DNA from: Thermoplasmata archaeon
GTDB lineage: Archaea > Thermoplasmatota > Thermoplasmata > Lutacidiplasmatales > UBA184
Length of the DNA stretch: 64,000 nucleotides
Reading direction: 5' to 3'
Assembly (NCBI GenBank): GCA_028864975.1
Contig: JAGWLG010000001.1
Span: 128,001-192,000, forward strand
The notes beneath the pieces are model-generated. The model saw only the letters and a program-made list of their open reading frames with translations. It searched no databases and had not been told where the DNA came from. Made by a program: the position numbers and the translations under genes. Shown here piece by piece: positions 1 to 11,233 of the stretch. Positions within the stretch are counted from its first letter, which is position 1; each line of letters opens with the position of its first letter.

Positions 1-636
1 GAGATGCTCCGAGCGGCGGCGGTCCGCCGCGAACGAGGGCTCGGGTCCCGAGGGAGGAGGGCCACCCTCGCGCTGGTCCTGGGCGACGCGACCGCCTGGC
101 CGGTGCGTCCTGGGACGATCGAACGGTTGACCGCCATCGGGAACGTCGTCGGCTTTTCGGGAGATCGGGCCGAAGGGATCCTCCGCGAGCTCTCGGCCAG
201 TCTCGCCCCGGGGGGAGAGATCGTGGTCGAGAGCGTATGCCCGACCACGACCCTTCCGAAGTTCGCCGCACGGTGGCGGCGGGACACCCGAGCGCCGGTG
301 CTGGCAGGGGACCCCGAGCTCCGTCTGCGCCCGCTCCTCGGTCAGGGGTGGGAGCGGCACCACGTTCCTGGGGGCCCCCACCCCTCCTCCGCCGAGTTCC
401 ACTTCTTCCACCCCCGAGAGATTCGGGAGGCCCTTGCGCGCCTCGGTATCGAGGTCCGGGAGCAGGAGGTCCTCGCCCCTCTGAGCGGCGACAACCCTGA
501 GCTTGTGGGAAGGATCGCGCGAGGAGGCCCTCGTGGGCTCGACGAGCTGGTCCGTTGGGAGGAGGCGGCGGGGCACCGGCCGGAGTTCCTGGAGGCAGGG
601 GGCCACGCGCTCACGCTCGCTGTCCGCCCTCGGTAG
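1..636 (+). CDS. Class I SAM-dependent methyltransferase-like protein, 5'-truncated by window edge
   Basis: Open frame from base 1 (gag atg ctc). EMLRAAA..., LVLGDATAWP (GDA...LP-like motif) and ILRELSASLAPGGEIVVE (L.PGG motif) are typical of class I methyltransferases. Confidence 0.55.
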   Translation, partial: EMLRAAAVRRERGLGSRGRRATLALVLGDATAWPVRPGTIERLTAIGNVVGFSGDRAEGILRELSASLAPGGEIVVESVCPTTTLPKFAARWRRDTRAPVLAGDPELRLRPLLGQGWERHHVPGGPHPSSAEFHFFHPREIREALARLGIEVREQEVLAPLSGDNPELVGRIARGGPRGLDELVRWEEAAGHRPEFLEAGGHALTLAVRPR

Positions 637-854
637 CGACCGACACCTCGATGTCACCCCCGGGGAAGGTCGTTCTGTGAAGGTGGCGAGGGGCCTTCCC
701 CCTCCGACGGAATCCGGGTCACGATGTCGGAAAGCCCCGAGAAGGACTATTATGCGGAGCCAGCTCACGAGCGCGTGCGTGGTCCCGGGAGCCCTCTGGC
801 CAAGGCGATCCTTGGGTCGGGGTCGCTAAGAACCCCCGCTCTGGGGGGTGAGCG

Positions 855-2521
<1,667 letters not shown>

Positions 2522-2525
<4 letters not shown>

Positions 2526-3865
2526 ACCACGAGGCGATGAAGGACGCGAACCAACTGGCGGCGAGCTGGCGAAAGGAAGAGAAGTGGCGCGGGATCGTCC
2601 GGCCGTACAAGGCCGAGGACGTCGTGCGCCTGAGGGGGACGCTTCCGATCCGCTACACCCTGGCGGAGATGGGCGCGGAGAAGCTCTGGCATCAGCTGGC
2701 GACCCAGCCCTTCGTGCCCGCGCTCGGCGCCCAGACGGGGAACCAGGCGGTCCAGATGGTCCAGGCGGGGCTCCCCGCAATCTACGTCAGCGGCTGGCAG
2801 GTCGCCGCCGACAACAACGAGGCCGACGAGACGTACCCGGACCAAAGCCTCTACCCCTCGGACAGTGTTCCTCACTTGGTCCGTCGGATCAACAACGCCT
2901 TCAAGCGGCAGGATGAGCGCAAGCACGCGCTCAACGGCGAGCCGATCGACTGGTTCGCCCCGATCGTCGCCGACGCGGAGGCGGGCTTCGGAGGGCCTCT
3001 CAACGCCTTCGAGGTGATGAAGGACATGATCGAGGCGGGCGCCGCGGGCGTTCACCTCGAGGACCAGCTGTCCAACGCGAAGAAGTGTGGCCACCTGGGC
3101 GGGAAGGTGCTCGTCCCTTCGCGGGAGTTCTTGTGGAAGCTCCACGCGGCCCGGCTCGCGGCCGACGTCATGGACGTGCCGACCCTGCTCATCGCACGGA
3201 CCGACGCGCTCAACGCCCGCATCGTGACGAACGACGTCGACCCGGTCGACACGCCCTTCCTGAACGGCAAGCGGACGTTCGAGGGGTACTACGAGTACAA
3301 GGGGGGCATCGAGTGCGCCATTGCGCGCGGGCTCGCCTACGCTCCCGTCGCCGACATGGTCTGGTTCGAGACCTCCTCACCCGACCCCGACGAGGCCCGG
3401 TCGTTCGCCCAGGCGCTGCACGCGAGGTTCCCGGGGAAGCCGCTCGCGTACAACTGTTCCCCCTCCTTCCACTGGAAGAAGAAGCTCTCGGACGACCAGA
3501 TCGCCCGTTTCATGAGCGACCTGGGCGAGCTGGGTTACAAGTTCCAGTTCATCACGCTCGCCGGGTTCCACTCGCTCAACTACCACCTGTTCGAGCTCGC
3601 GCGGGCCTACCGCTCCCAGGGCATGACGGCCTACGCCAAGTTCCAGGAACAGGAGTTCGCCGCCGTCCCCAACGGGTACAAGGCGGTCGCGCACCAGGCG
3701 TTCGTCGGGACCGACTACTTCGACGAGGTGGCCCAGGTCATCTCGGGAGGCGAGGCGTCCACGCTCGCCATGGACGGCTCGACGGAGCGCGAGCAGTTCC
3801 ACACGGGCACGGAAGGCAAGGCCTCCGCCTCGTCGAAGCAAAAGACGCCGGTCGCGGCCCGCTGA
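2522..3865 (+). CDS. aceA: Isocitrate lyase
   Basis: 447 aa with catalytic [38 protein letters not shown] and [12 protein letters not shown] overlap with the aceB stop. Confidence 0.97.
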
Positions 3866-4088
3866 TCGCGCGTGTAGGAGCGCCCACACCGTAAGGGGCG
3901 TGGCACGGGCGGGACCGCCCCTCCGCGGGCGCCCTTCTCCACGCTCCCCCGCGGAGAACTGCCGTCCGCCGACCGGTGTCCGTCGCCTGCACGCGCCGCC
4001 ACCAGGGATCGGGGGGCCCGCTAGCTCCGTTGGGACCGCTCCTCCTTCCGAGGGCGGGCAGTCGGAACCATCAAGGGACATACGGCAC

Positions 4089-4340
4089 ATGCCCATCATG
4101 ATGGTCGCGCCACGGAAGCCCAGCGAGCGAGAACGGTTCGCCGCGAACCACGTGTGGTTCGAGGCCCACCTGCCTGAGCTCTTGGAACGCTACGGGGGAC
4201 TCTACGTGGCGGTGGACCAGGGCTCGGTGCTAGCCGCGGTCCGGCGCGTCCGGGACCTCTCTGAGCGATTCGGCAAGGACCCGGCCATCTTGATCGAGAA
4301 AGTCGCCCGACCTGAGGACGAGATCTTCTACTGCAACTAG
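4089..4340 (+). CDS. Small DUF5678-like protein
   Basis: ATG 4089 within ORF 3900-4340. NHVWFEAHLPELLERYGGLYVAVDQGSVLA resembles the archaeal DUF5678 pattern (W...L...Y.G.YVA...G.V.A). Confidence 0.6.
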   Translation: MPIMMVAPRKPSERERFAANHVWFEAHLPELLERYGGLYVAVDQGSVLAAVRRVRDLSERFGKDPAILIEKVARPEDEIFYCN

Positions 4341-4454
4341 GCCGCAGAGTCCCCCGTCGACGTTGGGTCTCCAGGTGTCGGTGACTTCTCGAGGTTACGT
4401 GCCACGTTGACGGTCGACTACGATAGCGAGGTCGTGACCCTGTCGTGGCCCTGA
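4341..4454 (+). pseudogene. Possible remnant of the C-terminus of a retropepsin-like (clan AA) aspartyl protease
   Basis: No start codon. Reads AAESPVDVGSPGVGDFSRLRATLTVDYDSEVVTLSWP*, resembling the G.DFL..L...VDY....VTL tail of archaeal retropepsin-like proteases. Confidence 0.3.
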
Positions 4455-4503
4455 ACGCAGCGCCGGGGGCATCTCGCGGGGCGGTTTTCGCCGCCCCCCC
4501 TGG

Positions 4504-5808
4504 TCAGTCGAGCAACGAAAGCAGCCGGCGGCGTCGTGCGCGAGCGCGCCCCAGGAGCGCGGGTGGGACGTACAGTCCGACCGCCCACGGTGTGATCGGG
4601 CGGTCGACGAGCGCAGCCCACGTGCTCCCCTCGCGCAGGAGGTCGACCACCTTCCCGCCATCCCAGATCCAGAGCGGGTCCCGTGGGGCCGAGGGGGTGG
4701 AGAGCGGGCCCCTCGCGCCCCGATGGGTGTTGGCCAGGTCGAGGAGCGCGGAGCCCGGGGGCCCGTCTAGGATCTCTGCGAGATCATCCTCCACAGCTCG
4801 GCGTGCGGCGGGGTCTCGACCTAGTCGCCGCAAGGTGCGGCCTCGAGAGGTCCCTTCCTCCCACGAAAGGGTCCAGGCCCGCTTGTAGAGCTGACGGAGC
4901 TCGAAGCGTCGCGCGATCTCGGCGGCGCGCCCGCCCGCGTTCTCGAGGGCCCCCATCAGGCCGCCGTCGGTGAGGGCCAGGAGGGGGGCGACGTTCGGGA
5001 ACTCGGGGAGCCGCTCCACCGCGGACTGGAGCATCACCTCCGCGATCCGTACGGTCTTGTTGTAGTAGACCGAGGAGTACATGAGCGACCGCGCGAAGAG
5101 GAAGCCCTCGACCGCGGGGCGCCCCTTCTCGGCGAAGACCAGGTGGCCCCGGTCGCGCCGCAGGGTCTCGAGGAGCCGGTTCGCGTCGATGAAGCCATGG
5201 GCGACCCCCGTGTAGTGGGCGTCGCGCTGAAGGTAGTCGAGTCGGTCCGCGTCGACCGACCCGTGCAGCATCTCGCTGCGGAAGGGGCGGGAGGAGGGCC
5301 GCCGGGCGCGGAGGAGGTCGACGGTCTCCCGTACCGATAGGCCGTGCCGCTCCAGGACCTCGGGGACCGAGCGGGGGCGCGGAGCGCTGGTAATCCCCCG
5401 CTGGAAGCGTTCGAAAGGAAGAGGGAGCTCGCCCCGGAGGAGGTCCGAGGTGACCTGCTCATGCGACTTGCCTTCGACCTCTTCGAGGACCGGCTCCAGG
5501 GTGTGGGAGAAGGGGGTGTGCCCGAGGTCGTGAAGGAGACCCGCCACCTCCAGGGGGACCGCCTCCTGGGGGGAGAGCCCCAGTCCGGTGGCCATCGCGC
5601 GCGCGACCCAGAGCACGCCGAGCGAGTGTTCCAGCCGGGTGTGGTTCGCGCCGGGAAAGACCAGGTGGGCGAGACCGGTCTGGCGGATCCCCCAGAGCCG
5701 CTGAAGAAGGGGATGGGAGAGGAGCTCGAGCGTGGGACCCGTGAGCGAGATCGACCCGTGCACGGGGTCGTAGATGTACTTCCGAGGACCGGGACGAATG
5801 GGCACCAC
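4504..5808 (-). CDS. HD-domain phosphohydrolase (SAMHD1/dNTP triphosphohydrolase-like)
   Basis: IYDPVHG, LQRLWGIRQTG...VFPGANHTRLEHSLG, GLLHDLGHTPFSH, VDADRLDYLQRDAHYTG and SLMYSSVYY motifs. Confidence 0.9.
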   Translation of the reverse strand: MVPIRPGPRKYIYDPVHGSISLTGPTLELLSHPLLQRLWGIRQTGLAHLVFPGANHTRLEHSLGVLWVARAMATGLGLSPQEAVPLEVAGLLHDLGHTPFSHTLEPVLEEVEGKSHEQVTSDLLRGELPLPFERFQRGITSAPRPRSVPEVLERHGLSVRETVDLLRARRPSSRPFRSEMLHGSVDADRLDYLQRDAHYTGVAHGFIDANRLLETLRRDRGHLVFAEKGRPAVEGFLFARSLMYSSVYYNKTVRIAEVMLQSAVERLPEFPNVAPLLALTDGGLMGALENAGGRAAEIARRFELRQLYKRAWTLSWEEGTSRGRTLRRLGRDPAARRAVEDDLAEILDGPPGSALLDLANTHRGARGPLSTPSAPRDPLWIWDGGKVVDLLREGSTWAALVDRPITPWAVGLYVPPALLGRARARRRRLLSLLD

Positions 5809-6017
5809 GATCGGTCCTTCGACCCCCGGGGCGCGGAGCAGGAGGGGTCGACATCAAGGTTCCTCCGACGAGCTCCGGCCGCGGAGATGCAGGGCCCCCT
5901 GCCCGGGAGCCCGACGAGGGGGGCCACCGAGGGGGTCCGATGGCGCCTGGGGCAGGGCCCCGCCCCGCGGGCGAGGAGGCGAGGTCCGCGGAACCTCTGA
6001 CGGCGGATGTCGAACCC

Positions 6018-6023
6018 TTTATG
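6018..6023 (+). promoter_or_regulatory. TATA-like box for the TPR gene
   Basis: TTTATG 26 nt upstream of ATG 6050, archaeal leaderless geometry. Confidence 0.45.
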
Positions 6024-6049
6024 TCGTACCGGTGAACTCCCAGGTCGAA

Positions 6050-9000
6050 ATGGTGCAGCCCGGGGGCACGCAGGCCACTCCCGCCCTCGCCAAGGCCCGG
6101 CAGTGGTTCGAATCGGCCGAGGCCGCCCAGCAGGTCCAGGACTTCAACCGCCAGGTCGAGGCCCTGAGGGAGGTTCTGAACCTCGCTCGGGACCGGTTCA
6201 ACGATCTTTCCTACCAGCGGCAGGAGGCGGGGGACCTCATGGACAAGACGGCCCTCGGGTTCTATCGGCTCTCGATCGGGGACGCGGCCCTGCAGTCCGT
6301 CGAGTTCGCGCTCTCCTTTACGCCGAACTCCGCCGCCGCCCTCCAGCACAAGGCGATGATCCTGCTGTCGATGAACCAGAACCTGGACCAGGTGCTGAAC
6401 CTCCTGGACCGGGCGCTCTCGGTCAACCCCCACGACAAGGGGATCTGGGCGAGCAAAGGGGACGCGCTCAAGATCCTGGGCCGGCCGCAGGAAGCGGTCG
6501 AGTGCTACCTCCAGGCGCAGCAGCTCGACGCGACCTCCACGCAGTACGTTGACCGGGCCTTGAAGCTCGTCCCGGGGCATCCGAAGGCCCTGCGGGTGAA
6601 GCTCGCGCTCGCCATGACCCTCGGAGGGGTCAAGCAGGCGACCGAGACCTGCGACCAGCTCCTCCAGTCGAATCCCTCGGACCCCGAGCTCCACTTCACC
6701 AAGGCGAACCTGCTCGCCTCCTCGGGGGACCTGAACCCCGCCCTCGACTCGCTGGAGAAGGCAATCCAGCTCAAGCCCGAGGACCCCCGTTACCTCTTCC
6801 TGAAGGCCCGGGTCCTGCTCGCGCTCCAGAAGAACGACGAGGCCTTCGCCCTCTACCGTTCCCTGCTCGAGAAGAAGGCCGAGGTCGACCCCTCGCTCTT
6901 GCTGGAGCTTTCCTCCACCTTGGAGTCGTTGAACCTCCAACCGGACCTCCAGGTCGAGGTCCGTCGCAGGGTCAAAGAGCTCGACCCGAGGAACCTCGCG
7001 AACCTCCAGGCGCTTCGGACGCTCTCGTTGAAGCAGGAGCGCAAGGACGTGGCCACCGAGGCGTGCGAGGCCATCCTCGTGCTGTCGCCCCACAACCTCG
7101 AGGCCGAGCGTACGCTCGGGGAGCTGCTCTCCGCCTCCGGTCAGGTCGAGGGGGCGTTGCGGGTCTACCAGGAGATTGTCCAGGCCCATCCCACCGAGGT
7201 CGAGGAGTTCCGCAAGGGGCTCAAGCTCGCGAAGCAGAACCGCAAGGCGCCCTACGTCGTGTTCTTCTCCAGGGCGATCCTGGCCCAGAACGCTTCGGAT
7301 GTTCCCGCGGCCGAAGAGCTGGCCCAGGCCCTTTCCTCCCTGGGGCAGCGGGACGAGGCCCTCCAGGTCTACGACCACATCCTGCGGATCAGCCCCGACA
7401 ACATCCCCATCCTCCTCCAGAAGAAGGACCTCCTGCAGGCGATGGGTCGCCAGGACGAGATCCCCGCGCTGCTCGACCGCATCTTCGAAAAGGACCCCTC
7501 CCGCTACGACGTGGCGCTCCACCGCGGGAACCTCTACCTCTCCCGCGCCTACCGGACCGCGGAGAAGGCGCCCGAGCGCAAGGGGCTGGCAACGGAGGCG
7601 CTGCGCAGCTACGAGCGCGCGAGCCTCTCGAGCGAGTTCCGCAACGTGAGCCTGCTCGGGGCGGCCCGGGCCGCGAAGCTCCTCGCGAACGTCGACCGTG
7701 CCATCGAGGGGTACAAGGAGTTCCTGAACGACCCCGCGAACGCGGCCCGGGGGGACATCTTCAAGGAGCTCGGCCACACGCTCCGGGAGACCGGGAGGAA
7801 CGCGGAAGCCGAGCTCGCCTACCAGAAGGCCATCGACCTCGGACGTGAGGACACTGACCTCATCTGGGGGATGGAGGAGGTCCTGGGGGCGCTCAACCAG
7901 GACGCGAAGGCGCTCCACTACGTCGAGATCCTGCTCCAGCGGGAGCCGCAGAACCCGCTCTTCCTTCGGCGGCGGGGGCGGCTCCTCCTCCGGCTAGGGC
8001 GGAAGGCCGAGGGGGTCCAGGTCCTGAAGAACGCGCTCTCCCCGCAGGAGCGCGACCCGATCGCGTACCTCGAGGTGGCGGACGCCCTCAAGGAGCAGGG
8101 GGCCTACGCCGATGCCCTCCCCTACTACCAGAAGGGGATCCAGCTCGACCCCGGGAACAAGCTGGGGACCCTCTCGCTCGCCGAGACCCTGATGCTCGCG
8201 GGTCGGTTCACGGAGGCCGCGACGGCGGTCGACGGGATCCTTCGGACCGATGCCTACGACCTGAGGCCCTGGAAGCTGCGCGCGGACATCTACCGGTCGC
8301 TGCAACGCGACACCGAGGTGCTCTACTCCCTGAAGGCGATCCTCCTGCTGGAGCCGGACAACGCCGCGGTCTGGGAGGAGAAGTACCGCGTCCACCTGGC
8401 GCGGGGAGAGAAGATCGACGCCTTCGAGTGCCTGACCAACCTGCTCGCCCACCCTCCGGAGAAGGGGAACCCGGCCTCGCTCTGGTTGAGCCACGGCGAC
8501 CTGGCGCTGGAGCTGGGGAAGACCGACGAGGCGATCAAGAGCTACGACAAGGCCGTGGCCGCCTCTCCCGATGTGAAGCTCGAGGTCGCCTACCGCAAGT
8601 CGGGCGTGGAGGAGCGTGAGAGCCGCTACGCGGACGCCCTCTCGACGCTCGAGGTCTTCGGCAATCCGCCATTCCCTTCCGAGGTCGCGCCCGAGCTGGG
8701 CGACCGGGTCCTGCTCACCCGGGGGCGCATCGCCTTCCACCTGGAGCGCTTCCAGGACGCGCTCGACATCTTCCAAGACCTCTCCCAGCGGAAGAGCGGC
8801 GACACCGAGGTCGCGCTCTGGTTCGTCCGGGCGCTCCTCGAGATGGGGGAGCACGCGAAGGCCCGGGACTTCCTCGAGCAGAACCTGACCGCGCTCTCGA
8901 GCCAGCCCGAGACCTATCTCCACCTTGCGGAAGCGGAGGCGGGGCTCGGGTCCCTCCCCCGCGCCGTCGATGCATGCATGAAGGGGCTCGAGCGGCACGC

Positions 9001-10531
9001 GAACAACGTCCCGCTGTTGGTCCGGCTGGGGGAACTGCAGAGCAAGCAGGAGAAGTGGAGCGAGGCGGCGGACGCCTACGGCCGCGCCCTCTCCGTCGAC
9101 GGGAACAACGCGGACCTCTTCATGAAGGACGGGAGCGTCCACGAGAAGCTCCAGCATCCGCACGAGGCGCTCACGGCCTACGAGCAGGCCCTGCGCATCG
9201 CCCCCGAGAACAAGTACGCGCTCGCGAGCCGAGGGCGCGTGCTGCTCGAGCTCGCGCGCCCCGAGGAGGGGCTCCAGAGCTTCGAGGCGGCGTTGAAGGT
9301 CGACGACGGGTTCGAGGCGGCCAAGGAAGGGCGCAAGCTCGCCCAGCAGAAGATCCGCGACCGGCAGATCGAGGGGTACGGCCGGGAGGCCCTTCTGCTG
9401 GAGGCGAAGCTCAACCGCCCGATCACCAAGAACGACCTCTTCCTGACGCTCCACATCCCCTTCGACCTCCTGGACCCCGTCACGCGGGCCATCTCCCGCA
9501 GCGTCGACGTGGACGTTCGGGACCTTCCCGAGCAGGAGCTCAAGGACCTGGAGAGCGCGAGCTACCACCTCATCAACGCGGCGCTGGAGCAGCGCGCGGA
9601 GATCGTCGAGAAGCGAGGGCTCACGCTCGCCGATGTCGCCATCCTCTCCCCGCCCAACTACACGCTCGCCCAGCTCCAGCGGCTCTTCGGCTACATGCGG
9701 GCGGTGCTGGAGATGGACATCCGTCCCGAGAACCTCTCCCTCACCCCCGATGTCGAGGAGCTCGCGCGGCGGGCGCTGGGTCTTCCCCCGGAGGAGCGGA
9801 CCCCCTTCCGCCTGGTGCGCAACCTGCGCGTCGGGCTCTACAAGGCCCGGCTGATCAAGGCGGTGGAAAGCATCGGTTCGGCGGTCCACGCCCCTCTCCC
9901 CTCGCTGCGGATCACGGAGTACGGCTCGCACCCTGCGGCGCCTCCCCCCTCGCCGCCGTCCCAACCTCCCTCCTCGCCCCCCTCGTCGTCCGTCGGGGCC
10001 CCCGCGGCGCCCCCCTCGTACGGCTCCCCGTACTCGAGCCCCCCCTCCCCGCCGAGCTACGGGGCTCCGTCGACCCCTTCGAGTTACCCTTCGTCCAACC
10101 CGCCGCAACCCGGACCCGCGCTTCCCAGCACCGCGCCCCCGTCCGCGTCCTCCCCGTCAGGAGGGGCCCGCGCGTCCCCTGCTGGACCTCCGCCCGATCT
10201 CACTCCTGCGCCCGCGGGGGCTCGCTGCTCGGGATGCGGCGGGCTTGCCCAGTACCGCCACACCTGCGGGGCCTCGGTCTGCCAGCACTGCGTCGTGCAG
10301 TTCGGCAGCTGTCCTCGGTGCTCGCTCACGCTGACGCTCCCCTCCACGCAGACGACCACTCCGGTCCCCTCCATCCCCGGGGGACAGGACCGGATCGAGA
10401 TGCCCCTCGCGCTGCTCGCGGTCTCTTCGCGGGACGACGACTCGGGCACGGTCTCCCGGGGGAAGCACGGCGGCTCCCGCTCCTCCCGCGACTCGCGGCG
10501 GGAGTCGCGGGACGAGGACGCGCGCCTCTGA
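6050..10531 (+). CDS. Large TPR-repeat protein with C-terminal helical domain, Pro/Ser-rich linker and 8-ligand RING/FYVE-like zinc finger
   Basis: Many TPR-pattern repeats (e.g. WASKGDALKILGRPQEAVECYLQA, ALASRGRVLLELARPEEGLQSFEAALKVD), a PS-rich stretch, then CSGC-x7-HTC-x4-CQHC-x6-CPRC. Start placed at ATG 6050 from TATA spacing; the ORF track opens at 5774. Confidence 0.85.
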   Translation: MVQPGGTQATPALAKARQWFESAEAAQQVQDFNRQVEALREVLNLARDRFNDLSYQRQEAGDLMDKTALGFYRLSIGDAALQSVEFALSFTPNSAAALQHKAMILLSMNQNLDQVLNLLDRALSVNPHDKGIWASKGDALKILGRPQEAVECYLQAQQLDATSTQYVDRALKLVPGHPKALRVKLALAMTLGGVKQATETCDQLLQSNPSDPELHFTKANLLASSGDLNPALDSLEKAIQLKPEDPRYLFLKARVLLALQKNDEAFALYRSLLEKKAEVDPSLLLELSSTLESLNLQPDLQVEVRRRVKELDPRNLANLQALRTLSLKQERKDVATEACEAILVLSPHNLEAERTLGELLSASGQVEGALRVYQEIVQAHPTEVEEFRKGLKLAKQNRKAPYVVFFSRAILAQNASDVPAAEELAQALSSLGQRDEALQVYDHILRISPDNIPILLQKKDLLQAMGRQDEIPALLDRIFEKDPSRYDVALHRGNLYLSRAYRTAEKAPERKGLATEALRSYERASLSSEFRNVSLLGAARAAKLLANVDRAIEGYKEFLNDPANAARGDIFKELGHTLRETGRNAEAELAYQKAIDLGREDTDLIWGMEEVLGALNQDAKALHYVEILLQREPQNPLFLRRRGRLLLRLGRKAEGVQVLKNALSPQERDPIAYLEVADALKEQGAYADALPYYQKGIQLDPGNKLGTLSLAETLMLAGRFTEAATAVDGILRTDAYDLRPWKLRADIYRSLQRDTEVLYSLKAILLLEPDNAAVWEEKYRVHLARGEKIDAFECLTNLLAHPPEKGNPASLWLSHGDLALELGKTDEAIKSYDKAVAASPDVKLEVAYRKSGVEERESRYADALSTLEVFGNPPFPSEVAPELGDRVLLTRGRIAFHLERFQDALDIFQDLSQRKSGDTEVALWFVRALLEMGEHAKARDFLEQNLTALSSQPETYLHLAEAEAGLGSLPRAVDACMKGLERHANNVPLLVRLGELQSKQEKWSEAADAYGRALSVDGNNADLFMKDGSVHEKLQHPHEALTAYEQALRIAPENKYALASRGRVLLELARPEEGLQSFEAALKVDDGFEAAKEGRKLAQQKIRDRQIEGYGREALLLEAKLNRPITKNDLFLTLHIPFDLLDPVTRAISRSVDVDVRDLPEQELKDLESASYHLINAALEQRAEIVEKRGLTLADVAILSPPNYTLAQLQRLFGYMRAVLEMDIRPENLSLTPDVEELARRALGLPPEERTPFRLVRNLRVGLYKARLIKAVESIGSAVHAPLPSLRITEYGSHPAAPPPSPPSQPPSSPPSSSVGAPAAPPSYGSPYSSPPSPPSYGAPSTPSSYPSSNPPQPGPALPSTAPPSASSPSGGARASPAGPPPDLTPAPAGARCSGCGGLAQYRHTCGASVCQHCVVQFGSCPRCSLTLTLPSTQTTTPVPSIPGGQDRIEMPLALLAVSSRDDDSGTVSRGKHGGSRSSRDSRRESRDEDARL

Positions 10532-10653
10532 GGGGGGCCAAGGGGTCGTGTGGGACCGATCTTTCCCCGAGGGTCTTCACCCATCTTGAGGGGGGTCTTC
10601 AGCATCATTATGAAGGGCGGCGACCCTAAGTTCTGGGTCAGGGCTGGGGGGAG

Positions 10654-11226
10654 ATGAGCAGCAGCAAGGCCGAGATGCAGGCGGCGGAGACCGGCGCCCG
10701 ACTGAGCGGGATCGCGATCGTCGCCATCCTGCTGGGCATCCTCGTGCTGATCGGGGTCGCGATCTACGTCTCCTTCCCCGCGACCAACAACCACTTCTCT
10801 GCCCTCATCGCGATCGGGATCCTCGGGCTGGTCGTCTCCGTCCTGGCCGTGCTCCTCCAGGCCGCGAGCCGTGACCCGTCCATGGCCCGCGCGGCCTCGG
10901 CGGGGTCATTCTGGTTCGGGGTCGCGGTCCTGCTCGGTGCGGGGCTCGTCGCCCCCGACGGGGCCTTCTCCGGCTCGGCCTGCCCGGCGAGCGGGAGCGC
11001 AGGGGCCGCCTGCCAGATCACCTTCGGGTCGATCCGGATCGTCTACCTCATCGTCGTCCTTCTCATCGTCGTCGCGGGGCTTCTCTACATGCGCTGGCAG
11101 CTCCAGGGACGCGCGCGCGATGCGGCCCAAGAGTCCCACCGGGCGGCCTGGAGGGCCAAGTCCGGTGTCCAGGTCGGCACCCCCGGAGCGGGCTCGCCGA
11201 ACGACCCCCGTACCAATCCCCCCTAG
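10654..11226 (+). CDS. Membrane protein, about 4 TM helices
   Basis: Four hydrophobic stretches; GGGGAG before the ATG; first gene of a tightly spaced run. Confidence 0.75.
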   Translation: MSSSKAEMQAAETGARLSGIAIVAILLGILVLIGVAIYVSFPATNNHFSALIAIGILGLVVSVLAVLLQAASRDPSMARAASAGSFWFGVAVLLGAGLVAPDGAFSGSACPASGSAGAACQITFGSIRIVYLIVVLLIVVAGLLYMRWQLQGRARDAAQESHRAAWRAKSGVQVGTPGAGSPNDPRTNPP

Positions 11227-11233
11227 GTGAACC

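Noticed and set aside
4338-4340. Pyrrolysine readthrough of the amber codon
   Set aside because: No pyl genes or tRNA-Pyl in the window, and the downstream segment is short; a deletion remnant is the simpler explanation.
5809-6049. SRP RNA or RNase P RNA in the long GC-rich intergenic gap
   Set aside because: The conserved SRP helix-8 (CCAGG..GGAA...AGCA) and RNase P (GAGGAAAGUCC) signatures were not found; kept only as a weak structured-RNA candidate.
5459-7918. Long antisense/alternative-frame ORFs (e.g. 5459-7918 -, 7994-10108 -, 21096-23918 +, 36668-39226 +, 15030-17003 -)
   Set aside because: They shadow clear genes on the other strand or frame, are Arg/Gly/Pro-rich without motifs, and are expected in stop-poor high-GC DNA.
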